Shown piece after piece: positions 9,544 through 19,367 of a DNA stretch of 64,000 bases. Origin of the DNA: Chamaesiphon sp. GTDB lineage: Bacteria > Cyanobacteriota > Cyanobacteriia > Cyanobacteriales > Chamaesiphonaceae. Where the stretch lies: positions 1 to 64,000 of the forward strand of contig CBDFFH010000025.1 of assembly GCA_965246715.1 (NCBI GenBank), given 5' to 3'. Each line of letters begins with the position of its first letter. The stretch's first letter is position 1. The notes under the pieces were generated by a model. That model was given only the letters and a program-made list of their open reading frames with translations. It did no database searches and was not told the DNA's origin. A program made the translations under genes and the position numbers.

Positions 9544-9577
9544 TATATAACTCATAATTTATAATTCATAATTTAGA

Positions 9578-10552
9578 ATGGATATCAAGCGCGGCTTTGT
9601 AGAAGCGATCGGAAATACACCCTTGATTCGGCTCGATAGTTTTAGTGATGAAACTGGGTGCGAGATTTTAGGGAAGGCCGAATTTCTCAATCCAGGTGGG
9701 TCGGTCAAAGACCGTGCGGCTTTGTATATCATTGAAGCTGCCGAGCGCGATGGTACGCTCGAGCCAGGTGGCACTGTTGTCGAAGGTACCGCTGGAAATA
9801 CGGGTATCGGGCTGGCGCATATTTGCAACGCCAAGGGGTATAAATGCCTGATTATCATCCCCGACACCCAATCGGCAGAAAAAATTGAAGCATTACGTAC
9901 GCTCGGCGCAGAAGTCCGCACCGTGCCAGCAGTGCCCTATAAAGACCCGAATAACTATGTCAAATTATCCGGTCGCGTTGCGGCGGAAATGGATAATGCG
10001 ATCTGGGCGAATCAGTTTGAAAATCTTGCCAATCGGCTCTCTCACTACGAAACCACCGCTCCCGAAATGTGGGCGCAAACAGATGGCAAAATCGATGGCT
10101 GGGTGGCCTCAACTGGAACTGGCGGTACGTTTGCTGGTGTATCGATGTTTTTAAAAGAAAAGAACCCCGCGATTAAATGCGTTGTCGCCGACCCAATGGG
10201 GAGTGGTTTGTATAGTTATGTAAAAACTGGGAAAATCGAACTCGAAGGTAGTTCGATTACGGAAGGGATCGGAAATAGCCGCGTGACGGGAAATCTGGAA
10301 GGTGTACCCATCGATGATGCGATTCAAATCGACGACCAGGAGTGTATCGAGGTAGTCTATCAACTCTTACGTAAAGATGGATTATTTATGGGCGGCTCAG
10401 TCGGCATCAATGTCGCCGCTGCGGTGAGATTAGCTAAACAAATGGGGCCAGGACACACGATCGTGACGATATTATGCGATGGTGGGGCAAGATATCAATC
10501 GAAGCTATTCAATCGCGAGTGGTTGGCGACCAAGGGACTGGTAATTGATTAG
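9578..10552 (+). CDS. cysK: Cysteine synthase (O-acetylserine thiol-lyase)
   Basis: IGNTPLIRL, KAEFLNPGGSVKDR (PLP lysine), GTGGT motifs. Confidence 0.93.
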   Translation: MDIKRGFVEAIGNTPLIRLDSFSDETGCEILGKAEFLNPGGSVKDRAALYIIEAAERDGTLEPGGTVVEGTAGNTGIGLAHICNAKGYKCLIIIPDTQSAEKIEALRTLGAEVRTVPAVPYKDPNNYVKLSGRVAAEMDNAIWANQFENLANRLSHYETTAPEMWAQTDGKIDGWVASTGTGGTFAGVSMFLKEKNPAIKCVVADPMGSGLYSYVKTGKIELEGSSITEGIGNSRVTGNLEGVPIDDAIQIDDQECIEVVYQLLRKDGLFMGGSVGINVAAAVRLAKQMGPGHTIVTILCDGGARYQSKLFNREWLATKGLVID

Positions 10553-10669
10553 AATATAATCAGAATCATTCACAAATCTAGATTCTGTAGGGGTAGGTTT
10601 ATGCAGACAAATCTTGCCGCTGATTAACAATTCTCCAACAAAAATTACCCTCACAGCTAGAGTATTTTT

Positions 10670-11383
10670 ATGAATCAAGCCGTCATGCCGATCGTTCGTA
10701 ACGCAGAAGATCGCGGTCGAGTTCAAATCGATTGGTTGCAGAGTTATCATACCTTTTCTTTTGGTAGTTACCACGACCCAAACCAGATGGGGTTCCGGAG
10801 TCTCCGAGTCATCAATGACGATGTTGTCAGCCCTAGTGGTGGCTTTGCAACTCACGGACACCGTGATATGGAAATTATCACCTACGTGCTGTCTGGTGCC
10901 CTCGCCCACAAAGACAGTCTCGGCACTGGTGCTGTAATTTATCCAGGCGAAGTCCAGCGGATGAGTGCAGGCATGGGCATTCAACATAGTGAGTTCAACA
11001 ACTCTGACACCGAACCCGTCCATTTACTCCAGATTTGGATTATTCCCGATACTCTAAATCTACAACCCAGCTACGAACAAAAAGCTTTTCCGACTGCTGA
11101 AAAACAGGGTAAATTACGCCTCGTAGCGGCTCGCGACGGCCGCGATGGTGCTGTTACTATCCATCAGGATGCGAATATGTATGTGGGGCTGCTAGGCACC
11201 GATGACAAGATATCTTATCAGGTGCCACCCGATCGATATGTGTGGTTGCATGTGGCGACAGGAGAAGTATCGATCGGCGATCGAGTATTAAAACAAGGGG
11301 ATGCGATCGCGTATTCTGGAAGCAATTCGATCGAGTTATCCAGTCCGAGTCAGGCGGAGATTTTATTATTTGATTTAGCTTAG
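10670..11383 (+). CDS. Pirin family protein (YhhW-like)
   Basis: HTFSFG, LRVINDD, HGHRDMEI, MSAGMGIQHSE, LLQIW motifs. Confidence 0.93.
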   Translation: MNQAVMPIVRNAEDRGRVQIDWLQSYHTFSFGSYHDPNQMGFRSLRVINDDVVSPSGGFATHGHRDMEIITYVLSGALAHKDSLGTGAVIYPGEVQRMSAGMGIQHSEFNNSDTEPVHLLQIWIIPDTLNLQPSYEQKAFPTAEKQGKLRLVAARDGRDGAVTIHQDANMYVGLLGTDDKISYQVPPDRYVWLHVATGEVSIGDRVLKQGDAIAYSGSNSIELSSPSQAEILLFDLA

Positions 11384-11414
11384 TCACCATGTGCGATCGC
11401 CAGCATCAATCTCA

Positions 11415-11599
11415 GAGGGTGTCTGAAAAGTCCGATCCTTGTTAGCCTAGCGATTGAAATCGCCGCTAAATTTGCAAAACCTGCCTACGCAGGTTACAGA
11501 AACTGTTAGTCCGAGTAGGCGGACTTTGTATCACTAGCGGCGGTTTCAACCGCTGGTTTACTTTGATATGATAGCAAGAATATTTTCAGGCAATCGCTC
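11415..11599. mobile_element. Degenerate MITE with IS1031-like ends and REP-like cargo
   Basis: Left end GAGGGTGTCTGAAAAGT; decayed right end ATTTTCAGGCAATCGCTC; internal AACCTGCCTACGCAGGTT and AGTCCGAGTAGGCGGACT hairpins. Confidence 0.6.
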
Positions 11600-11668
11600 C
11601 TATTTTCTGAGGCTACGTGTGCATAATATCGGCATATAACATTGTGATTACTTCTACACAGGTTATCA

Positions 11669-12367
11669 ATGAGTATAGAATTAATCCAAACCATGCAATG
11701 GACGAATCTTTGCTGGGAAGCTAGCTTTGAAAGTATCATAGAACTTGATACTATTCTTCCCAGGATCGGGAAAGTATACCCAATTAAACTTGAGGATAAT
11801 GAGGATTTTGAGAAGGAGGGAAAAGCATTTTTATTGTGGCAGCCACCGCATTCGGAACTAAATGGTTGGCACGATAAGCGACCGTCTGAAATACTTAAAA
11901 GCTATGTTTTGGATGGAGTAATTAAAAATGCAAGCCCCAATGGATTGGAATTCGATTTTGAGGTAAACGATAGGATCGGATTGATTGATTTTTTTAGTGT
12001 CGTTAGCTTAGATGAGGTCTCACCTTTATCTCGTATCGGCGGACAACCAAATGGAACTTCTTCAATTCAATGGTCAGATGCCAGTTACCTGTTGAAGGCT
12101 AAAGTTGGAGATTATTGGTACTTGAGTGGCCATGAATGTCAAACATCACTAGAAGTGATATTTTCATATGTTGGTGATAAAATATGTATTCATTATTCTG
12201 CTACTTTACATACCCCAGCATGGTATGAGACGAAAGTAACTAAGTACTTCTTGGATGAAAGCGAAAACATAGTAATTAGCGATCGGGTTAAAAAAGCAAC
12301 AGAAATATTTGAACCAAATAAATATACATTACAAGAAAATCAGATTTACGGAGCAGAGTACTGGTGA
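11669..12367 (+). CDS. Hypothetical protein (AT-rich)
   Basis: 232-aa ORF with no recognised motif, flanked by MITEs. Confidence 0.65.
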   Translation: MSIELIQTMQWTNLCWEASFESIIELDTILPRIGKVYPIKLEDNEDFEKEGKAFLLWQPPHSELNGWHDKRPSEILKSYVLDGVIKNASPNGLEFDFEVNDRIGLIDFFSVVSLDEVSPLSRIGGQPNGTSSIQWSDASYLLKAKVGDYWYLSGHECQTSLEVIFSYVGDKICIHYSATLHTPAWYETKVTKYFLDESENIVISDRVKKATEIFEPNKYTLQENQIYGAEYW

Positions 12368-12392
12368 TTCAAAAATCGCAATTATGAAGCGG

Positions 12393-12534
12393 CAGCAATT
12401 CCAAATTCAAACCTGAAAGAGACTTTTTACGTTCTCCATGCAAAATTTATTGACTTTGTTCTCAATAAGTCAACGATAGCTCAAGGCTTGTCAGTCTCAA
12501 GTAGCGTCAAAATATTTTGAATTTGGAATTGCTG
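12393..12534. mobile_element. MITE, 142 bp, 9-bp target duplication
   Basis: Perfect 19-bp terminal inverted repeats CAGCAATTCCAAATTCAAA / TTTGAATTTGGAATTGCTG; direct repeats ATGAAGCGG at 12384-12392 and 12535-12543. Confidence 0.88.
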
Positions 12535-12631
12535 ATGAAGCGGTCATTACTGCTCGATTGCTCGATCGATAGACTCCGCGAAAAGAGCCGCCAAAAAATT
12601 CGGTAAAAAAGTGATTGCATAGGAGCTAGAT

Positions 12632-12874
12632 GTGAGTGATGATAATTCGATCGATCGGTTATCCCATCAAGATAAACTTCGATCGATCCACTTTCTCCTT
12701 CTGGCAGTTGCCAAGGAAGAAGGGTGCAACTTGGAACTACCTGGAGCAGCAGATCCAGTAAATGTGCTGCTGCTCCAACAACTTGCGTCTACTGAGGCAG
12801 TAGTATGGTGGCCTCAAACGGATAGCGCATCCGTTCGATCATTGTTAGATCTTTTGGTTGCAGCTGAAATTTAG
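12632..12874 (+). CDS. Small hypothetical protein
   Basis: 80-aa ORF, GTG start with AGGAG upstream; stop lies within the downstream palindrome. Confidence 0.45.
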   Translation: MSDDNSIDRLSHQDKLRSIHFLLLAVAKEEGCNLELPGAADPVNVLLLQQLASTEAVVWWPQTDSASVRSLLDLLVAAEI

Positions 12875-12893
12875 GGTAGGGGCAATTCATGAA

Positions 12894-14119
12894 GGGAGCA
12901 TCCCACTTTTTATTTAGCGATCGCAAATTAACCCGTTGAGGTAGGCGCAGCGATGCGCTAATACTTGAGGAACATTTTCAGATTTCCACTGCGCTCCAGA
13001 AATTTTAGTCCGGCGATCGATCTGTTTAATTGTAGACTCAATGGAACCAGAACCAATAGAGCAGATTTGTTCGGCTTGAAAATAATAATAATTAATTATC
13101 CGATGACGATGTTTCTCTAAATAAGCACAAAAGTTTTCAGCTTGCTTGAGATTACAATCACCAAACAACTTAATCGTCTCATCAACTTTTCCGTACCAGA
13201 GTAATTCTCTGGCTGCAAATAATCTTTGGTTGGAACCGCCAATTTTATGGAGATTTTCCATCAAATGAAACCAGTCGAGAATTTCTCTTCTTTCACCAAT
13301 AGGTACAAATTCCTTGATGATATTCCATACCCCGTCATGGCCATCACCTAAGCAAGTAACAACTGGAGCTAATTCTTGACTATTTACCCAATTAACGATC
13401 GTCTCATTTTCTTGAAATGATGATGCAATTTTTTGCTGTTGATGTAGTACTGTTGCTTTGTATCCTTTCCAGCTACACACCTCTCCCTTTGGGGTTCTCA
13501 CTCGAATATTCCCCCCATCTACACTCAATTCTGCCACGGGTGTCTCAGCTTGAGGCAATTCAAATTCTTGTCTGTGAATTAACCTCTGTTGGGCACTTTT
13601 TGATATCTCCACTCCAGTTAAATATTTGACTTCCTCTGTTGTCCTTTCGTAAGAAATTGATGCACTTATACGCAAGCAACAAGCTTCCAAATACGGACTG
13701 ATTTGGGTATGACTTTTGATATTTAGCTTGGCTGCCTGTTTGCTTGTGATTGCTAATTCTCCAATTATGCTTTGGATCTGTCTTTTATATCCTCCAGTTT
13801 CGACTGTGACATTTTCGATAAAAAAATTCCGACGGATGGCATCACATACTCTTGCATTCTCGCTCTCACCGCTTCTTCGATTTTTCCTAAGCTTGTTAGT
13901 TCTTCTTTTGGTGTATTTTTATACAATATTTTGGCAATAGCTTTTGTGTGTCGATCGAGTTCTTTTTGCTCTTCTGGACTCATTACACTACCTTAGTTTA
14001 CTTGACCCCATTATCTCAAGATTATGCTCCCTCTGCTGCTATTTTCACCAGATTTCTCGATCGCCATACTAGTACATACGCTTTATCTACATAAAACTAA
14101 TAAAAAGTGGGATGCTCCC
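12894..14119 (-). mobile_element. ISKra4-family insertion sequence
   Basis: Terminal inverted repeats GGGAGCATCCCACTTTTTATT; 9-bp duplication ATTCATGAA (12885-12893, 14120-14128). Confidence 0.9.
12914..13983 (-). CDS. ISKra4-family transposase in two ORFs (13765-13983 and 12914-13690), probable programmed frameshift
   Basis: SVDGG, LGDGHDGVW, ILDWFHL, IGSGSIES motifs; T7 run (GGAATTTTTTTATCG) near 13820 on the minus strand. Confidence 0.85.
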
Positions 14120-14230
14120 ATTCATGAATTGCCCCTACCCTAAATTTCAGGTATTGCTTAAAAAATAAATGAGACCCAGATTCAGCAACGCCTGAAAACG
14201 TAGGTGCTAAAAAAACGCAGCGATCGAATG

Positions 14231-16612
14231 TTACTTTTTCCAGAGCCGTTCTAAATCGGCTTCGCTGGTTTGATTGATGTAATTGGGATAGACGATATCG
14301 CGGAATAGATCCTTAGTAAGCGGAAAGATTTTAGCTTGGACGATCGGATTGTAGTCGCGATCGAGTGTTGCTTTTCGCATTGCTTCGCGTTCGGCTTGCG
14401 AATATTTCCCAACTTGAATTTCGGGAATCCAGGTGGAGTGAATCGTCAGTCCGAGATTGATGTCTGGATGGCTTAAGCGATAGATCGGTTTTCCTTTAAA
14501 ATCGTCAGCATGGAAGATCCAGATTTCGTCTTTGGCGGCAGTTTGAGAATCTCCTGGCTCGGCATCTGACATGATGACACAGACGATATAACCATGAGTG
14601 GTGGGATCTTTATCTGACGGACAAGGCTCTTTGCTGGGGATAAATTGGGGACTGCGCGCCAAATATCCGATCGGAAATTCAAAACTATCGACGATTTCCA
14701 TCCGCTCGGTATCGAGCCGTAAAAGCGTTACAGGCATATCGCCATCGGGTAAACCTTCGATCGGGATGACGCGGTTGTCGCGATCGCGGTATGCTCGATA
14801 GATCCGTTTGGGGATAATTTCCCACGAGAAACCCCAACCCATCCAATACAAATTGGTAATCTTTTCGCCAGTCTCTAACTTGCTATCGCGGCTGAGATTG
14901 CGGTGGGTATTGACAGAAACAGACCAAGTATTGCACTTACTGGGATTGTCCCCCGCATCGCTCAAGAAATTAGCTTTGAGTACCGCACCTGTCTTACCAT
15001 CGATCGTGTAGCGCGCGACGCTATTGAGATCTACAGGTGCAGGTTGCATTCCCAGGTAATCTTTATGCAGGCATTTGACAGGTGGTTTTTCGGGTAGACC
15101 TTGATTAACCCCCGCTAGCATTTCAATTCCCTTGGTAATCGGTGGGGTTTTTTCGCAGTCGAGATTCACCGATTCATCGTATTCCCCAATCCATTCAGTT
15201 ACGTCCCAGCCACCATTATGCGCCGACATCAGGGTAATCTTATTATCGGGATTGCGGTAATCGGTGACAAAGTGAGAAACTTCACGCGGCAGGGTAATTT
15301 TTATCGCCGTAAGTGTTGGTTTTTCGCCTGAAGGAATGGGTCGATCGAGATCGGCTCTTTTAACCAGATATAAATTAGCATATGGCAATGGTTGAACTAA
15401 TTTTGTAAAGGTAATCGATAACCAATAACCGATCTGTGCCGAGAATTTGCGGATATACCCATACAAGAATGGTGCAAAAATTTGGGACAATTCGATTTTA
15501 AAGGCAATATCACCAACGAGAATATAATCCTCAGTCAACGCCATCTGGTGAATCGCTTGCTGGATAATTACGGGTTCGCCATTGGGGAGGACGAGTCGCC
15601 ACTTTTCAAAGCTTTGGCTGTCGAATCGATACCTAATCAAACTGGTAAATGCACCCCACGGATTGGTGAGAATAATCCCATCTTCGCTCAGTCTAGCCTT
15701 GAGCCACCGCCGAAATCGATCGGCAATATTGAGTAAACTGACTCCAGCGGAATAATTTGCGGTTATAAATTCTCCAGCAGATGTCACTGGTACGTGTAAA
15801 TGGTCGCAGACGGGGTGAGCGGGGTTGGAATAGGGTTGAAATACTTGGGTAATCCATGCGGGTTGTTTGGGTGCCAATCCTTGCCAATTGCTAGCCTCAC
15901 CGATGGGTTCGAGCAATTCCAATGTATCGGGGTCGATGATATGCGGACGCGCGGCATCGAAAGTGGCGAGTAAATGCTCTTTGGTGGCGACAAAGGCCGT
16001 ATTCATCTGGTTTCGCGTCCCCAATACCAGACTGCTCCGCACCATCCCCCCATCGAGGAAACGGTAGCCGATTTTGTCATATTTTGGTAGAAGTTGGGTA
16101 GCAAGATCGGCATAATAACACGGCGGTTTCATCATCCGCGTTTTGAGGAGCGCCCTTCCAGCCTCAAATACCAGCCGATAGAGCATCCCATCGCCATTGA
16201 GTACCATTCGATCGCTGCGGGCATATTGAGCGGCATTGTTGGTCGTTACAGGTGGCAACGGACAAGCAAAAAAAGCATAGCCCCAGAGATCTTTAGGAAG
16301 TCGATCGAGATCGGGTATTTGATGTTGGATCGATTCGGGTAATAAATCGCGATACCGATCGAATTTCTCGCGATCGGCACTCAACAATACACCGTAGATC
16401 GGCTGTCTATCTGCACTCAACGCTACTAATATTTCAGGCTTGATTTGACTCGCCGCTTCGGGAGTGAGATACCAGCAAAGTTGTAAATCTAAAGGGGTCG
16501 GATCGTGCTCGTGTCGCCGTTTGCGGACATCTATGAGATTGGTACCGATCGCGGAATGGGGGATAAAACCTACGTTTGATTCTGGACTGGTATTTGCTGG
16601 GACTTCGGACAT
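14231..16612 (-). CDS. Carotenoid-cleavage / lignostilbene dioxygenase (RPE65) family protein, long form
   Basis: NGDGMLYRL, NTAF, DAARP motifs; four candidate Fe-ligand His (PAHP, AIHQ, VSHF, TIHSTW); C-terminal SPQFIP...GYIV. Confidence 0.8.
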   Translation of the reverse strand: MSEVPANTSPESNVGFIPHSAIGTNLIDVRKRRHEHDPTPLDLQLCWYLTPEAASQIKPEILVALSADRQPIYGVLLSADREKFDRYRDLLPESIQHQIPDLDRLPKDLWGYAFFACPLPPVTTNNAAQYARSDRMVLNGDGMLYRLVFEAGRALLKTRMMKPPCYYADLATQLLPKYDKIGYRFLDGGMVRSSLVLGTRNQMNTAFVATKEHLLATFDAARPHIIDPDTLELLEPIGEASNWQGLAPKQPAWITQVFQPYSNPAHPVCDHLHVPVTSAGEFITANYSAGVSLLNIADRFRRWLKARLSEDGIILTNPWGAFTSLIRYRFDSQSFEKWRLVLPNGEPVIIQQAIHQMALTEDYILVGDIAFKIELSQIFAPFLYGYIRKFSAQIGYWLSITFTKLVQPLPYANLYLVKRADLDRPIPSGEKPTLTAIKITLPREVSHFVTDYRNPDNKITLMSAHNGGWDVTEWIGEYDESVNLDCEKTPPITKGIEMLAGVNQGLPEKPPVKCLHKDYLGMQPAPVDLNSVARYTIDGKTGAVLKANFLSDAGDNPSKCNTWSVSVNTHRNLSRDSKLETGEKITNLYWMGWGFSWEIIPKRIYRAYRDRDNRVIPIEGLPDGDMPVTLLRLDTERMEIVDSFEFPIGYLARSPQFIPSKEPCPSDKDPTTHGYIVCVIMSDAEPGDSQTAAKDEIWIFHADDFKGKPIYRLSHPDINLGLTIHSTWIPEIQVGKYSQAEREAMRKATLDRDYNPIVQAKIFPLTKDLFRDIVYPNYINQTSEADLERLWKK

Positions 16613-16821
16613 ATATGTGGCTCCACAGATGAAATAATCCAGAGATTTGGGGTTCAGCTTTTGAAATGCTTTGTGGCTCGATCGATTCAGAAGTAGTATC
16701 GATTTTAGCCTGATTCGACTTTATACTACGCAATCGATCGGCTTAATTTCGCAATTGTTCGCGATCTCACTTTGTCGGGCATAGTAGGTAGAGTTGAATA
16801 TTCATTTTTACATTACATCCC

Positions 16822-17586
16822 ATGACAGAAGAAATATTTTTATCTCGTTCCGCAGATGCTGAAATGGAAGAAGCATCAGTAAATGCTAGAAAATCGTTTA
16901 AGATTTTTTGGCGAGAATTGTCATGGGAAACACGAAGAATCGTTCCAGGAATTGACATGAGTGTGATAAAGAGAGGTTTCCCTACAAATAAAAAAGGTAA
17001 TCTGTCAGTTGAATATATGTGGGTTGGAGACATTTCATTTGATGGCAAAGTAATCACTGGAAATCTACTCAACCAGCCAAATCAAATAGAAAATCTAAAT
17101 CAAGGTGACATTGTACAATTTGATTATGAAGAAATATCAGATTGGATGTACTCAATTAGTGGCAAGGTTTATGGCGCGTTCACGGTAAATGTTCTTAGAA
17201 GCCGAATGACAAAAAAGGAATTGAAGGAACATGATGATGCTTGGGGTCTAGATTTTGGAGATCCGCTCAATCTCAACATCGATCCAATACTTTCGTTTAG
17301 CAAGTTTTTACTCACCCCATCGATCGATCTGCCAGAGCATACTATGAGTGAGAACATGGTAGATAAATCCGAAGATGAAATCAGAGAAATGGAAGGAAAA
17401 ATTAACGATCCTATTGTTTTTAATATGACCATGCTTCAATTTGAATCGTTAGCAGGAAATCTTACTCAGGTAGAACTACTACTAAAGTATGGTGCAGACA
17501 AGAGAATAAAAAATGTGCATGGTCAAACAGCACAAGATTTAGCCAAAATGTTTAATTGGGAAAAGATATCGGCGGTAGTTAAATGA
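16822..17586 (+). CDS. DUF2314 (YegJ-like) protein with C-terminal ankyrin-like repeat
   Basis: ARKSFKIFWRELSWE, EYMWV, ISDWMY, YGAFTV; VELLLKYGAD...GQTAQDLA. Confidence 0.75.
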   Translation: MTEEIFLSRSADAEMEEASVNARKSFKIFWRELSWETRRIVPGIDMSVIKRGFPTNKKGNLSVEYMWVGDISFDGKVITGNLLNQPNQIENLNQGDIVQFDYEEISDWMYSISGKVYGAFTVNVLRSRMTKKELKEHDDAWGLDFGDPLNLNIDPILSFSKFLLTPSIDLPEHTMSENMVDKSEDEIREMEGKINDPIVFNMTMLQFESLAGNLTQVELLLKYGADKRIKNVHGQTAQDLAKMFNWEKISAVVK

Positions 17587-17594
17587 TGCCTTGA

Positions 17595-17714
17595 GAGGGT
17601 GTCTGAAAAGTAAGATCGAAGACCCAAACGCCCCCTAAATCCCCCAATTATGGTGGACTTTTCGATCCGGTTCCCCCAGAATTGGGGGTTAGGGGGCACT
17701 TTTCAGACACCCTC
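17595..17714. mobile_element. MITE with IS1031-like ends, 120 bp
   Basis: Perfect 17-bp inverted repeats GAGGGTGTCTGAAAAGT / ACTTTTCAGACACCCTC; TGA duplication; internal CCCCCTAAATCCCCCAATT...TTGGGGGTTAGGGGG repeat. Confidence 0.88.
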
Positions 17715-17820
17715 TGATATAATCAATCGAAAGCATTCAAATTCGATCGATTATTTTACTCAATCTACCTAGTTAGTAGAATCGTTCATAATCTTCGTGA
17801 CTACCGATCGCAATCCATTT

Positions 17821-17950
17821 GCATTGATTTACCTTCAGTAATCTCTCGCTTGACTTAGAGCCAGAAACATATCAAGACATGACAAAAACCGACTTAGATT
17901 TCGATCGTATTCGTGATGATGCTAGATTTATAGAATTAGTCGATCGATAG
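17821..17950 (+). pseudogene. Remnant of a TPR-protein C-terminus
   Basis: Reads DLEPETYQDMTKTDLDFDRIRDDARFIELVDR*, resembling the cyanobacterial TPR terminal cap; upstream frame broken. Confidence 0.5.
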
Positions 17951-18044
17951 ATATTTAGATCCTTTACAGATCGATCGCTTTTTTCGATCGTGGCATATAA
18001 TAACGGTCTATATCTGTTTTGAACATGAGACTGGAGGAAAAAGC

Positions 18045-19067
18045 ATGAGTAAGAAATCGGCACAAGTTCCCCAGCAAATGCAGGAAAAATTCGATCGTAT
18101 CACTGCAATCTCCGATGAATTTGCCAAACAGCATCTCAACGATGAATACGCTCAACTCATTCGCTTGGCTACTGCCGCCCTCTGTCGCAAACGACCGTCA
18201 CCTCTAGTTACTGGCAAAGACAAAACCTGGGCTTGTGGCATTACTCATGCGATTGGGATGGTAAATTTTCTGTTCGATCCGGCGATGACACTACATATCA
18301 GTGCGAGTAAGCTATATGAATGGTTTGGAGTCGCCTCCAGTACCGGACAGGGCAAATCCAAAATCGTGCGAGATCTATTAGATATGTCGCTGATGGATAC
18401 CGATTGGTGCTTACCCAGTCAATTGGATAACAATCCGCTGGCTTGGATGATTATGGTCGATGGATCGATTGTCGATGTCAGATCTGCGCCACGAGCAATT
18501 CAAGAAACAGCTTTTGCAAAAGGTTTGATTCCATACGTGCCCGATGCGGGTAAATCGGTGAAGGTTGAGGCGACAACAAAATCTAGCCAGAAGGCAAAAA
18601 TAGTTAACTCTAACCCCAATGCCTTATATACGCTGGAAGTGCTACTGATTGATGGCCCAGTGACAGAGAAATTTATCAATAAAAATCCCGAAGTATCCCG
18701 CACGATCGAAATAAAAGGTAGCAATACTTTAATGGATTTACACGATATTATTTTTACAGCATTCAATCGCAAAGATGCCCACATGTATGAGTTTCAAGTG
18801 GGCGGAAATGGCCCCAACGATCCTGATGCCAGACGCTATGGTTTGAAACAAACAGCAGATTCAGATCTAGCTGGCAATGTGGATGACACGACGATTACCA
18901 ATGTGGGTTTGACTGTGGGTGAGTTTTTTGGCTACTGGTTTGATTTTGGCGACGATTGGTGGCATCAAGTGCAAGTAATTTCGATCTCTGACGATGCTCC
19001 GAAGAAGAAATATCCCTGTATTACTAGTAAAGTCGGAGCGAGTCCGCCACAGTACGCTAATTTTTAG
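18045..19067 (+). CDS. DUF6398 + plasmid pRiA4b ORF3-like domain protein
   Basis: ALCRKRPSPL, WACGI, NFLFD in the N-terminus; TLMDLHDII, HMYEF, YWFDFGDDWWHQV in the C-terminus. Confidence 0.8.
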   Translation: MSKKSAQVPQQMQEKFDRITAISDEFAKQHLNDEYAQLIRLATAALCRKRPSPLVTGKDKTWACGITHAIGMVNFLFDPAMTLHISASKLYEWFGVASSTGQGKSKIVRDLLDMSLMDTDWCLPSQLDNNPLAWMIMVDGSIVDVRSAPRAIQETAFAKGLIPYVPDAGKSVKVEATTKSSQKAKIVNSNPNALYTLEVLLIDGPVTEKFINKNPEVSRTIEIKGSNTLMDLHDIIFTAFNRKDAHMYEFQVGGNGPNDPDARRYGLKQTADSDLAGNVDDTTITNVGLTVGEFFGYWFDFGDDWWHQVQVISISDDAPKKKYPCITSKVGASPPQYANF

Positions 19068-19132
19068 TAAGGGTGTGGCTAACAAAACGTGCTTTTGGGA
19101 GAAGCTTGATGGATTCTAGCTTCGCTTTTACA

Positions 19133-19340
19133 CCACCCTCAAATAAATTTGCGGATGCGCGCTCCTCGGGTTCCCCGAGGGTTTAGCGCACCAAGCAGGG
19201 GCTAATAGCAAAAGTTCATTGAAACGAACTAATTAATTTGGCAGTTCTCTGAAGAGAACTTGAGCTATTAGCCCGAACTTATAGTTCAGGGCGGTGCTGG
19301 AGCGGAGCAGATCGATTTTCCTTTTCCCGAACTGAGGCTA
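19133..19340. repeat. Composite REP-like / MITE repeat
   Basis: GGGCTAATAGCAAAAGTTC...GAACTTGAGCTATTAGCCC palindrome; ends in CCGAACTGAGG, the inverse of the element end at 63925. Confidence 0.6.
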
Positions 19341-19367
19341 GCTACGACAATGATTGAAGCTGAAAGT

